Shown: one piece after another, positions 1 to 12,244 of the stretch
Position numbering within the stretch: the first letter of the stretch is position 1
Layout: each line of letters opens with the position of its first letter
From: Phoronis australis
Taxonomy: Eukaryota > Animalia > Phoronida
Direction: 5' to 3'
Length of the DNA stretch: 64,000 bases
Assembly: GCA_002633005.1 (NCBI GenBank)
Contig: NMRA01000053.1
Location: forward strand, 1 to 64,000
The notes under the pieces: model-generated
The model's input: only the letters and a program-made list of their open reading frames with translations
Told to the model about the DNA's origin: nothing
Databases searched by the model: none
Position numbers and translations under genes: made by a program

Positions 1-772
1 CCCCCCCCCCCTCTGAAATTATTCCTAATATAAAAAATGACTCTTTTCAGTTAGGTTCTTGTTTTTTCCTTGAAGTATCTAACCGTACTAAGAATATTTT
101 TGGAAGTATATTTTTTATATCTTATACGAATTTATCAATCTTTGTGAGATAGAGGATCCTTTGTACCAAACTTTGTGGTATAACCCCAAAATTTGTATAG
201 ACAGTAATCCAATTTTTTGGAACGAGTGGTTTCAAAAGGGTATACGGTACGTATACGATTTAATTGACCCTGATAAGGGGTATATTTATGATTATCATAC
301 CTTTTGTACACGTTTTCAATTTGTCCTTGTATTACTCATTTTTATGGAATTCGAAGTTCAATACTTCGTTCTTGGAATCATCTAAGAGACAAGAGTACTA
401 TAGTCACTCCACTTTTTCCAGAACGTATTTTTCGAATCTCCTCGGAAAATAAAGGGACTGGGAAAATCTATGAAGTATTCATTTCTAAATTATATGTAAA
501 ACCTGTCGCAGAATTGAAGTGGGAGAGAGAAATTAACTTATGCGATGATACTCAATCTTGGAAAAAAATTCATTCTGTAATTTATCATTGTACTTCTGAT
601 GTCAGACTCAGATGGNTTCCATTTATATAGACAAAGATTACAAAAGACTAAGCCCAATTTTCAGTCATTTTTACGTGAGGTATGTGATTACTGCAACCTG
701 GAAAAAATTATTTACAATGATAAATTGGATCTTGAGAGATTCCAGGCAAGGTGGTCTTTTTTGCCTAACTAG
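1..772 (+). mobile_element. 3' fragment of an L1/Tx1-clade LINE ORF2, frameshifted and interrupted by the N at 616
   Basis: Translations LWYNPKICIDSNPIFWNEWFQKGIRYVYDLID, ELKWEREINL..WKKIHSVIYHCTSDVRLRW and, after the N, FHLYRQRLQKTKPNFQSFLREV..EKIIYNDKLDLERFQARWSFLPN*. These resemble the region C-terminal to the RT in Tx1/L1 ORF2. Confidence 0.8.
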
Positions 773-1662
773 CTTTTATAGGGTCCGATAATGTTCGTAA
801 TTTGTTTGTTGTACACTAAACTAGATGTCATATTGTCGCACAACTATGTACTGGTTGGTTGAGTTAATAAATGTCCCTGAAAATAAAACCCTTACTGAAA
901 ACGTAGATCTGCCGCTGCTTCGCCAACGTGGCCCAGCCCAAGGAATTTCTTTGCCTACATGGTCCAGCCCATGGTATTACTACGCTTACGTGGCCCCTGG
1001 ACTATGTGATCACAATCAAAAATAACACCAAACGATATCACAAAGGAAGCTCAAAGGAAATCGGAAAGCAGACAGAAAATGTTGGCAACTAACTGCTTCC
1101 CACACTTCCAGTCGCCACGACTTTTGACTACCACACTAGTCGTCATAAATTTCACAACTCCCCCTTCATATATCACTCTCTGATCACATCTAAATTTTTA
1201 ACCCCAATACCGCTTCCTACGGTCGTACACAACACTGTTTCCTAAACCATGGACAGACTGTCGAAGTTTGTCACTTACGAGTGGTGACGTTTACTGAGCA
1301 CCTTGGATTAAGTATGGATGTCCGATGTTATCCTTGGAACTATTTTAATTCATGCAAATTTGCAAGGGCATAACTAAGTAGCACTTTGCCCCAAAGACCT
1401 GAAGCTACACACTTGATTCCGAACTGCGTGCGTTTGCTCGGTTCATGCATTTAGCATACAATAGTTTAAATTCTGTTTACAATCCTGATTATGTTATATA
1501 CCTTAAATAACGTGATAACATGGTTTGATAGTATTACAGTAATAGTTAAAGGGACTTCGACATTTTGTACGGCCGAGAAAAGCAAAATCTGAGGATCACT
1601 GTTGAATGAGATGGACTTTTTGAAGTTCATAGATTTGAAAAACAGAAATAAAACAAATGAAG

Positions 1663-1815
1663 CAGTGGCGGATTTAGAGGGGGCGATGCCCCCCCCCCCT
1701 AAAATTCTCCCAGATTCCATTTGGCAGTTCGATGGTGCGAATGTCTGACTGGCAAAATCCTGGCTGCTGATACTCTGTCCTGGCCCCCCAACTCAAAATC
1801 CTGGATCCGCCCCTG
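1663..1815. mobile_element. MITE with CAGTGGCGGAT.../...GGATCCGCCCCTG termini (hAT-like, non-autonomous)
   Basis: Inverted termini cagtggcggattta and tggatccgcccctg. Shares internal sequence (taaaattct..cagat.ccatttgg.agttcga; ctcaaaatcctggatccgcccct) with 12399-12694. Confidence 0.75.
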
Positions 1816-2267
1816 TAAAATCCCTTATCTTATTGTGATGTTATTACATATTTTCGCCGTTGCCTAACAGACATCCTCTGGAGGCAAGACTGGTGTTTTC
1901 ACCATTTGAAAACACTCAAAATACCTTGCTACTTTTAAAGTGTTACGAGCCGCCATTTTCGAGTACGACATGAGGCTTGGGATTGACAACTTAGACCACA
2001 TTGAAATTCTGGAAGATGCTGCTGCGGCAAATTAATTAGCCTTTGGCCGGGTTTGTTATTAGGTATCCTGCATGACGTACCAGCGTGAACGACGAAAAAG
2101 TGCAGTTACCAACAGAACACTTAACATTTATAGATAGTAACTTGAAAAAAAGATAATTTAATTTGAAATCGTCATTCAGAAAATGAGAAAGTAGTCACAA
2201 CTTATCGAAAATGCGAAATCATTCAAGCTCATGAACCCAGGGAACTCAGCCAAACTTGGACTAATAT

Positions 2268-2460
2268 TTAGCTAATGAATTCATTATTTCTACAGAAAAG
2301 TATGGTACTGGTTACTTTAAACATTTTATAAAGGCGAAACCCGAAGCGACACAGAGTACTCTCATCAAAGAAAGACTCGTCGAAATGATCGCTGCAAACC
2401 AAACATGTCGTCTCCTGAATGATTCTGCAATTAACAACAGTTTTGGCCAATTAGGACACT
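2268..2460 (-). mobile_element. Degenerate THAP-domain relic, probably transposon-derived
   Basis: The ORF contains CLVCSDHFDESFF, which matches the THAP C..HF motif. No intact gene structure surrounds it. Confidence 0.4.
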
Positions 2461-5231
2461 GCTGAAATCATAAAATATTGAATGAGTGTGCGACTTCACA
2501 ACACACAAGCCCTTGAATAGTGTCTAGCTCACTTCGATCTGTGTCGGCGCCATCATGCCGATGAATTCGCTGGATACTGCACGCTTTCTCGTCCACTTGC
2601 GTGCAAATTCTGTTAGCGTAAGACGTTGCCTAAAATTGGCATAGTTCAAGTCAGGCGCCAATAACTAATCTTATGTTCTCACATTCACGTTTAAGTGGAG
2701 TTTGCTACACAAAATTGTATTATAATATAGATATTGTATCAAATCACCTGCAATTAAAACAATGACCGGGATGTGGTAAATATTTGCGCCTAGTTCATAA
2801 GAAGGTAGGCATCTACGGTGGAACACTGTTTTCCCCGAGTTTTCGATTCTCATCATTGTTTAATTTATGACGTAAAATATAAACACTTTTCACTAAGGAT
2901 TACGATCAGAAACTATACGGCAGTGATTTAAATTTATCTTAGCTTTTTTATACATAAAACTAACCGTAGGCTTCATGTTCCGTCTTATTTTACAACGAGG
3001 ATTGCCAAACTGAATAAGTGCTACCCAACAAAATCGATCGCTAACGGAAACATACGACAATGCCCGAATACGAACGGCGCTTGACCTTTGAAGGTCAAAG
3101 ATTACCATATGAATAGTCCTTGGTTACGAGGACGCTCAGGTTACCGGTGTGTATGTGTGTGTATTGGGTACAGCAAGCTGGTAACAAAAGGGACAGCAGA
3201 CAGAACCGTGACAGATGAACTAAGATAGGAAGACAAACATGACGTCTATAGCATTTTTCCCACCACAACCAAAACAGACCTTAGTTCCACCCGAATGGGG
3301 GACAGGTAGATTTAGTAGCGAACGCAAGGGGAGTGATTTATGGACACCCAAGCCGGCGACGTGGTTTCAAACGTAAGTAACCTAACAACCAGGATTATTA
3401 CACTGCGATAAATAATTTTGGTATTTGTGTTAGATAAGCATCTGTTACTGTTCCATCTTGTACTGAATTAGGAAACTTAGACAATGAGGGACTACATTCA
3501 GTATCTTGACTATTCGCAATAGACTTCCACCAAGAAAAAGTCCCTTGGCATCAGTTTGTGGAAACCAAGTTCAAAAACAGCTTTATGAGCTCTCGTTCGG
3601 GCTCCTTTTGTATATCTGATGTATGTGGAAAATGGGAGACAAACTCAATTTTTCTGTTTTTCAGTTTGGCATAAAATATCATAATGATTCATTTAGTAAT
3701 GAACCGTTTCATTCTGAAACTTACTATGTCCTTGCCATTACCTCGAATATAACACAACCACGTGCAAGGAGTGCAAGAAATGATAAAAGATGTGTGCTTC
3801 ACAGGCTCTCTTAACAGCCGTTTTATGTGATATTATAATCATTATTATAGTATATAACGTCGAGCAGCTGATAAAATTGCCTGTGGTCTGCTCCCAGTCG
3901 AGTGAATTAAGTCAATACCTTTCACCGATAACACGTCCACAGTAACAGCTTAGATTTTCACACAAAGGAGTCACATAGCCGAGACGAATACATCCAAAGG
4001 ATAAGTCGTAACACAAACTTTAAACATAATGAACATAAAGGATTTGTGTTCATCTTTTAGCGGAGCCCAGGATGAACAGAAGTTAGAAGACACGTTATTA
4101 ACCAATTTGTAGTCTCTCGTTGTGATCACAAGATCATAACTCCGACTTGCGATCAATTTCAACAGGCATTGTGACATTATCAAGTTAAAACATGACCCTA
4201 TGATAGACTAATAACACGAATTATTCTAGTCGACTCTAACTCTAACCCTATTCTTGACCCAAACGTAGCAACATAGTAGGCTTACTGCTGGCCCAAATAG
4301 TGTAAGCTGGTTCTTGGACAATCCCCTTTCTAGTAATAGCAGTGACTGGGTGCCGGATCAGATAAATGATGAGTACGTTTAAGTAGCTGTATACATTTTT
4401 TATTGTAATTACAAGTGAAAGAAAGTACATTTTCATAAATGGACATTTCTCTATATACTCAAGTTCTGCGCCTGCACCTATATTCCCCCGGCCATTAGGT
4501 AGCGCGGTCATTTTCACCTTTCGCTGACGTATAAATAGTAGCCATTATGAAAATACAAAGGACGCGACCTAAATTTCCATCATTACAAATAATTCATACC
4601 TAAATACACCCATAGAAACGCAACTTGAACGCTCCAGCAAACCCTTGACAGCTGACGTTATCGTGAAAATTATCATTCGATTTGTTTGCCCATAGACCGC
4701 GTTCGGCTTCTTTTTATCACAATTTACCCGCAAGCCCACTTTTATTAAGTGTACAATCCAGTCTTACTAGGATAAGCTGTCAAGTGATTTGATAGCATTG
4801 TGGATAGAAGATAGGATGAATTAAGAGGAGTCTTGGATCTTGTTGCCAAGGCGTTCACGTGCTCATCATTCTTAGTCAAAGAATCCTGCAATGAAATGTG
4901 TCTAGATGCAGAGAAAATATTTCGATTCCGAATTATCAGGCTCTGAATCCAAAACTTCATTGGTTTCATTCTAGGATTCAGAATTGATAAACGATTTAAT
5001 TCTTATTGGTTCTTGGCTTAATGTTTGAAACGGAAATTAAAACTGGTGCCTTTGCGAAGGTGGTCATGTTACCGCTGTTGAATTCTGGATTACATTTTCA
5101 CAATGACTACATTGTTCACCGCTGGTAGTGTTTCAATGATTAATGTAAATAATTACCAATGATTTCTAACTACAATCCATAGTGTCTGAAGTGTTTAGAA
5201 TACAAAACACTGTCAATCGATCGTTTTTCAG

Positions 5232-8200
5232 CGGCAAGCCAGTAGAACAATATTACGATTTGACCCAGTTGAAAAGAAGCAACGTCCGATGGAACGACCA
5301 ACTTCTATCCAAGCCACAAGAGGGCGATATGACGTAAGTGCATCCAGTTGGAAAGCAGAGTACGTAATGGAGTTTTGCGTTTCGTTCGTTAAAATTGTAT
5401 TTATGGTAGAACGTGCTTACAATTTGACTGTTACATAGCGTCAGGCTATGACCACTATAGTAAGTACTTCAAAAATAACAAAATGTTGGTAGTCAGAAAC
5501 TATTCTATGAAAATATTCAAGATAAAACAACAACAAAGCAACTGAAAGCAGCATCTAATGTTTACTAAAATTACATTTTTCGAGGGCATTTGAAAATTCA
5601 CGATCCCGTATATAACGACATACCCGTATTTCGAATATCAAATCGTACTCACAAATAAAGATGATTTAGCCAAAAGCAACAAGTTGCTCGTTACAGTGGG
5701 TGAAACTCACGAACAACTTTGTGAGCTTGGTCTCAGCTAAAAATGAAAAAAAAATCTTCAAAAACTTTAAAATCAGTTCTCATCTGTCTGAGTAAAGAAA
5801 TTAGAAACCATTGTTATGCAGGTGGTTAGATTTTTAACGGAAACGTGGATTTAATGAACTTTTAACAAACCATAGCATTTATTTGGAGGGTTCAATATGA
5901 TCATGAATTCAAGACTGAGGTCAAAACTGAACTTTTAGCTGAAACACTTTTATTTCTTCATGTGACTTCATTATCTATGCAATATTGGCGCTTTATTGCC
6001 CGACGCCTCTGTAACAGGGGAGACAATTTGAACGAGTGAAAGCACGAAGGGTGCAATTACTATTGAATTTTGACGTAAAAACACAAAACAACAAAATACA
6101 ATACAGATGTAAAGCAATCGAAAGGAAAAAATAAAAAATAAGTTTTCTGTTGGTTTGTATTGGCGATTCTAGTCCTCTTGAGGCACAAAATGTTTAATTT
6201 TTAATTACTCCTTGTTTGAAATTTCTAGGAAGCTGATCATTAATAAACCATTTCCCGCGGAGCATCCGTTCAGTTCCCATACTTCTCGACATGCAGTGTT
6301 CCCGAGTTTCTCAGAAAGTCCCGAAGATCCAAAAAGAGGTGTGGAAGCTAGGCGTGAAAAGCCGATCAACGCTGAATGCCCAGCGAGCGCTTACGATGTC
6401 AAAATTGTGTCAAAAACGAAAGGATTCGGTTTACGTGAGGAAATTCAATCCCTGCCCCACCAGGGACAGAAGAAGGGCTTGCACTGGAAGGGAGAGGACT
6501 TCTCTCAGGTATGAGGTCGTTAAGTTTCCTCGGTCGCCAAAAGCAACAAGTTTGACTGATGATAAGATGATTAGACGTACTTATATAACTGTTAAAATTA
6601 AGCTTGAGCAGATATAATGTATCAAAATAACTTGTGCAAAATACACATTTTTTATGAAGATAAGAATGTGTAACATTGCAAATTCTTAAGCATTTAAAAG
6701 TTGCTACAAAGCTATGAAAATATAGCTGCTGAATCGTTTCGACACAAATGCAAATGAAACACCATTATATTTCTTTTCCCATTACCATTACAGCTTGTTA
6801 AGAGCCACGGTGGTAAAAAAGAATACTATCCAACTCCTATAAAAACGGTAGTGCCAAATCTTGAGACCCGTCACGCCGGACAAGGACCAGTCACTGAAAA
6901 GACCGCCAACGCGCTACGAAACGTTGAGAAAGACCAATGGCAGACGACATATGATTTGTCTCATACAGGTTTAGGGCCTAGCAATCCCAAGAAGTTAGAC
7001 AATTATGGCGATAAATCATACACCAAAGCATCAACGGGAGTTGACGATGACGTTTTGGTAAGTCATCGCTAGTTACTCTTCTGTAAATCTGATAGAAATA
7101 TAAGTTCGTGCAGTTTGAGATTAGGTGCTGTGAAAGATTCTGACTTTCCGTGCAACTGCCTTTCCAATGAAAACATCAATTTGGTTTCAGACAAACTGTT
7201 CTGGATCAATTTTCTTTGCTAAAGTTTCTATGGCCCTTGCTGTTTCCATAATGAGTTGATCTTCAAACCGACGAAATGTTGAAACCATTTTTTGGGGAGT
7301 TGACTCAATGTAGCACATGGAGTTACAAAATAATAACCCATCTCTTATAATTTTCAGTATCCGCGATCGATAAACACCTTTGATCCACCTCGGCCTCATC
7401 AAGGACGTATTGCAAGAGAAATTACGCCAAAAGTTCCCGAACAGGACGCATTCAAAAGACCTGCAAACACGGCATACAGGAGGTATGTAGGCTAACAACT
7501 TAAATCACGTCAAATGATCACATGACAGATTCTTGAGAACTTATATTTCAGATTAAACACTTAAACTTTAAAATTTAAATTTACTCTTCAATGTACAAAA
7601 AAAATTACTAATGATCTTGAAAGAGTCAATTAACGTGTTTTCTAACATAAACCAAAGACTGATAGACCCTGGTCCCTACAGCAACAGTTTGCGCCTCTCT
7701 GACCAAGTAAATCGTTCAAGTTAAAGATGTTTCACGAACACTGTTATGGTATTCGCGTTGTCCTGAACTAGAGCCGTATTACTTTGACTTATTTCGTAAG
7801 TCCAACTAAAATAATGCCAAGTCAACATCAGATTTTGTTTTTGCTTTTCAGGAAACTTACACTTGATGAGCGCGAAGAACATCGTCTGCTGAATGGAACT
7901 GAGTACAAGAGCTTTCCAGAGGTTGATCGCAGACCACACGACACACAGTGGAATGCATTGAACACAAACGCTCATCCTGGAAACCATCTTCAGTCACTAG
8001 AGGTCACTAAATCTCTTTTTCCTGCTGATGTGGTTCCTTACCAGAACGCAACTCCACCTACCGAAGACGAGAAGCAGAAGCAGGCAAAGTTGTTGGCAGA
8101 GGAGCGACAAAAACATCATGACAAACACCAGCAAATTGAAACTGAAAACAGATGGAAAGTCTTGGAATCGCATAAGCCTCATCACGACATAACAGCTCTG

Positions 8201-9511
8201 CAGAAGAAATACGAATCGTTGAACAATGCAGAAGACAAACCGTCGACGTTTTACAAGCACGAGGGGAAGTTTCAGGCCGAGAGGGCTGGACTTTATCAAA
8301 CCAGTTATAACCCCTACAGTCTGGCTCAACAGATGAACAGAGAGCAGGAGAGCGCCTATCGAACCATGGATACCAGTATGTCACATCAAGACGCGTTACA
8401 CAGGCCCACTGAGCTAAACTGGGAGATGGATGAAGCTCTTCTGCATTCCAAAACAGAAACATTAAGGCCAACGTATACATTCTCTGACCGACCTCCAGCA
8501 AACGATATTTTAGAACCTTTCCAATTTGACACTGAAATGCAGCGACGCCACCTCCAACCAGTCGCGTCCAATGCAGGCATAAAGAATCAAGAGGGAGAGT
8601 TAGTTCTCACGGAAAGTACCATGGGCGCTAGTTACAACACGCCACGCTTCTTACAAGAAAATGACATCACTTTCTACGCGCGAAACGAGCCGAACGAACT
8701 TATGTCTCACAAAAATAAAAATTTGAAAAAGGTGCGTACACTCTCCAGAGGCAAGACAGTACAATTTAACGACAATGTCACTGTAGCCACTATGTCGGAG
8801 GGTACAACACCATCAAAAGTTGGAAGATCTCATATCTCTAGTCCGAAACGTGAGCTTTTTGAACAGCCCGCTTCCGACCCAATTCTTCCACACACCAAAT
8901 TACCAGACAGTCCTCTCAAGCAGGAACTGTCTTCGTCCAATGTTAACGTCAACACAACGCAGTATGTCAGTACGCATGCTCAGTATGTTCCTGACAAAGA
9001 CCTCAAAAACACCACATATGAGCCCAGTTTTAACCAGCCTTTAGGATTAACTCGAAGTAATACTGAGCCTAACCTGTCGATGTCCAATAAGTTTGACACT
9101 TCACAGTTACGAGCGAGCACGCCAACCAGTAGCCAATTTTTCGGGAAACAGCCGACGATTTATAGAAGCGAGTTCAGCAACAAGACGTCGAACGTCGTAC
9201 CAACTGGAATGAAAACGGGAAGCATGATGTTCCAAACTTCGTACCACACGCAGTTCCCTGGGTCCACGTTAGATCTGAGTTACAAGAAAGACGAGAAATT
9301 TAACTGGGAACCAGGCTGTGGCGTACCGCGGCCACAGACGAGTCTTACCAAAATTCAAGACAATTTTACTAAATCCGACGCCCGCAGGCGCTTTCACGTA
9401 CAGTTTCCGGAGACAAATCCCGATCTAAGACAAAACATTGTCTTTGGCAAAAAGCATTCATTTGGTGGAATGAATGCACAAATATTGAGAGGGACTCCGG
9501 TGGTAGATTGA
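5232..9511 (+). CDS. C7orf31: C7orf31 / SPMIP4 (sperm microtubule inner protein 4) homologue, 5'-partial, five exons seen
   Basis: Phase-consistent GT-AG exons 5232-5333, 6229-6508, 6794-7057, 7358-7482 and 7852-9511 (TGA). Peptides KPVEQYYDLTQLKRSN, PFPAEHPFSSH..AVFPSF, RNVEKDQWQTTYDLSHTGLGP, PPRPHQGRIAR and WEPGCGVPRPQTSL..FTKSDARRRFH..DLRQN..GKKHSFGGMN match human C7orf31 motifs as I recall them (PVEQFYYLTQ, EHPYHTH, FTGLGP, PPRPLEGRIAR, WIPRAGVTKPQT). The start exon was not found. Confidence 0.88.
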
Positions 9512-10739
9512 CGCCCGTGAAGCTAACATTAGAAGTATTTTGCTCAAAAATCGTCTACTAATCTGTGCACTCCCGTTGAGTTCTGATTGTGAATTTTGAA
9601 CAGAGAATTATTCTGACAAGGTTTCCATCGAATCGTTGAGGTTATGGTAATGTGAACCTATAGCAAGGTTTAGGAACACTGTCGAGAAAATCGTAGTGAC
9701 ACATATGCACGTACCATTTTTTTGTAGATTCTGTAATTATTTGATTTGATTTAACGCATAATTGACACGTCTTTTGTGCTCGCACTTTTTAGGCGTTTGA
9801 TGGTGCACCGTGTTGAGTTGTGAGTTCACGGCTTGTTTGCTCAAGTGAAGAAACTATCGTGCCTGTACGGAAAATATTATTGCCAAAAGTTACTGTATGT
9901 AAACATTAAATGAAGAGTGTTTCTTCGCGTATCATTGCTCATATGTATAATAAAGTAATAACTGTATTATTCTATATATTGCTACGCATGTCTGTTTCAG
10001 GAATATTTTGGATATTCAATCAGGCACTCTGATATTAATTTGACAGCAAACAAATGAATTGAGATAAACCATAAGATAAAAAGGGTTTTCCTTTTCGTGG
10101 ATCTACAAAGGTTATGTAGGACCCTAGCAAAGCGACTGCCAACTTCGGAACATCACATCTCAGAAATGGCTGAGATACCAGACTTTATGCAATTTTCTTC
10201 AAAAATCTCTGTAATAGATTTTTTTAAAAAGTTCCACTTCTGTATGAGGAGCCACCAAATAATAGGACTTTCATGAAAAACCCAAATTGCGTAAAAGGAA
10301 AACGAAACATTTTAAGGACCTGTAACAGCGTTTTTTACTTAGTATCTTGAGCATTTATATCAAACAAACTTTAGTCATGTACTTGATGCCGTTGTTTTAC
10401 TATCAATGAACCTTTCTTTCTTTGCAAAAATTTACTAAACAGGCTTTCTTCTTTCACAAAAAATACTATTACACAAATGAAATGTATAGTTTTAGAGATA
10501 CACAGTCTTGTGAATAATGTCCTACACAGCCTTAAACCTACGGCGGATACTTCCAAGCACAATATTTCGTCCTCCCCAATCTCCAAGGTATACCGGTACA
10601 TATACTTCTAGTTATTCCCATGTGAACCAGTGTTTTCGGTCGGTGGTAGCAGTACAAGGAAAACTTGACTAACAAAGCACGCGCTGAGACATGCATAGTC
10701 CGACTAATAAATTAATGAACTCGAAATGTATACTTTTCT

Positions 10740-10875
10740 TAGAGGGACATTATCGTCGAGAAAAGCGATCAACTGAGATCAGCCTGAGTGCGGAATAGAA
10801 CCAAGAACCCTCTCGGTCACAGTCAAGCGCTCTGCTGGTAGCAGAGTATGCTAAACACTCAGTTAGAACTGGCCA
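10740..10875 (-). mobile_element. Degenerate tRNA-derived SINE head
   Basis: The minus strand reads ggccagttctaactgagtg..agagcgcttgactgtgaccgagagggttcttggttctattcc. This has a degenerate A box and a B-box-like GGTTCTATTCC, but no complete cloverleaf. Confidence 0.4.
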
Positions 10876-11974
10876 ATGACTGGCAGACAAGGACAAGAAC
10901 AGATTTGTAAGAAAATCGCCAAAAAGCAATGGATTTTGTTTCTTAGTTCAGATCAAGGCTAATAACTTAAAAAAAACTGCATCATCCAACACTTAGCCCA
11001 AAAATTATTTTTCATGAAAAACTGAAAATGTCTCTTTAAAATAACCCACAAGCACGGACATAATGCTTTGTGTTCCACACATAAACCACATTAAGAAGCC
11101 CTGCAGACCCTTTAAACATGTCCCATGGGCCAGGAAACCAAACACAACGATACTTTATTAAACAATAACATGTATTTTCTATTGACCAATTCCAAACAGA
11201 TTTTCAAGAGGCAGATAAATATGAAGTGTAAAACAATGAGTTAATTTATGTTGAAACACAAGATTAATGCAACATGGAAACTATGAGGCTTTCTTGACAT
11301 TCCAAAACCTTTACCATAGGTTAACTATTTGTACTATACACAATATCCCCAGCCAACAGGTTATGAAGAAACAACACACAAGACAAATGTCAAACAGAAA
11401 ATAGTAAATGACAGATGATTTAGATGCATTACATAATTATAACGGTCAAAATTTCCAACTTTCGCAGATGTGATTCTATTCTTAACATTTTGGCTCGTAG
11501 TTTGCACCAGTCAACAATACAACAAAACAAGTTCACAAAAACGTCCAACTTTAAATGGCTCCCTTGTCCAACTCCTTTCACCACTGGCTGTTGTAGTCAT
11601 TATTCTGAAAAAGAAAGAGTAGAATGCTACAAACCAATCAAAACAGAATGCAAAAATATTCCTTTTTAGCCATAAAATAAAACAGTGAAAATTATTGCAA
11701 TTTTCAAGTTGTAACCACAATATAAATAATTATTAGTGTATTTTGAGCCTGAAAGTCACTCTTTTGTTTAATTTGTAGTAGATTGTACACAATGCATATT
11801 GCAAGATTTTCAACACTTGATGTAAATATTCCTGTATGGACAGTGAAACACATGATATTATTTTAAAACCTTGTTTCATCACTTTGGAAAAAGTCACGTT
11901 TTTACTAAATCCATCCTTTCCATCATAACAACATAACTTCCACAATGACCACAACCATTTCCATTTCTATCATG

Positions 11975-12052
11975 ATAATCATCACTATCATCTCTATCAT
12001 TATCATCTCTATCATTATCATCTCTATCATTATCATCTCTATCCTCATTATC
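11975..12052. repeat. Minisatellite, about 15-bp unit tatcatctctatcat
   Basis: About 4-5 direct copies are visible. Confidence 0.85.
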
Positions 12053-12244
12053 AAAATGTCACTGTAATTTTCATTACCTAGAGGTTTTCAACCAATTTAA
12101 TAGAACAAACGCATGAATTTAAATTAGATTGTGCTTAAATTGATCAAACGTATTTTGGCACCCAGAAAGAAGTATCAGATTCAGAACGCTGCTCACATTG
12201 TGTTCTCACTTTTGTTACAATGTCACATCTAAATAAAATTTTAA

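Noticed and set aside
3115-3398. Possible MITE with tagtcct.ggtt / aaccaggatta termini
   Set aside because: The termini are short and imperfect, and there is no second copy in the window.
7997-8580. Antisense ORFs of 64-147 aa over the C7orf31 last exon
   Set aside because: These are shadow frames of a real coding exon with no recognisable motifs.
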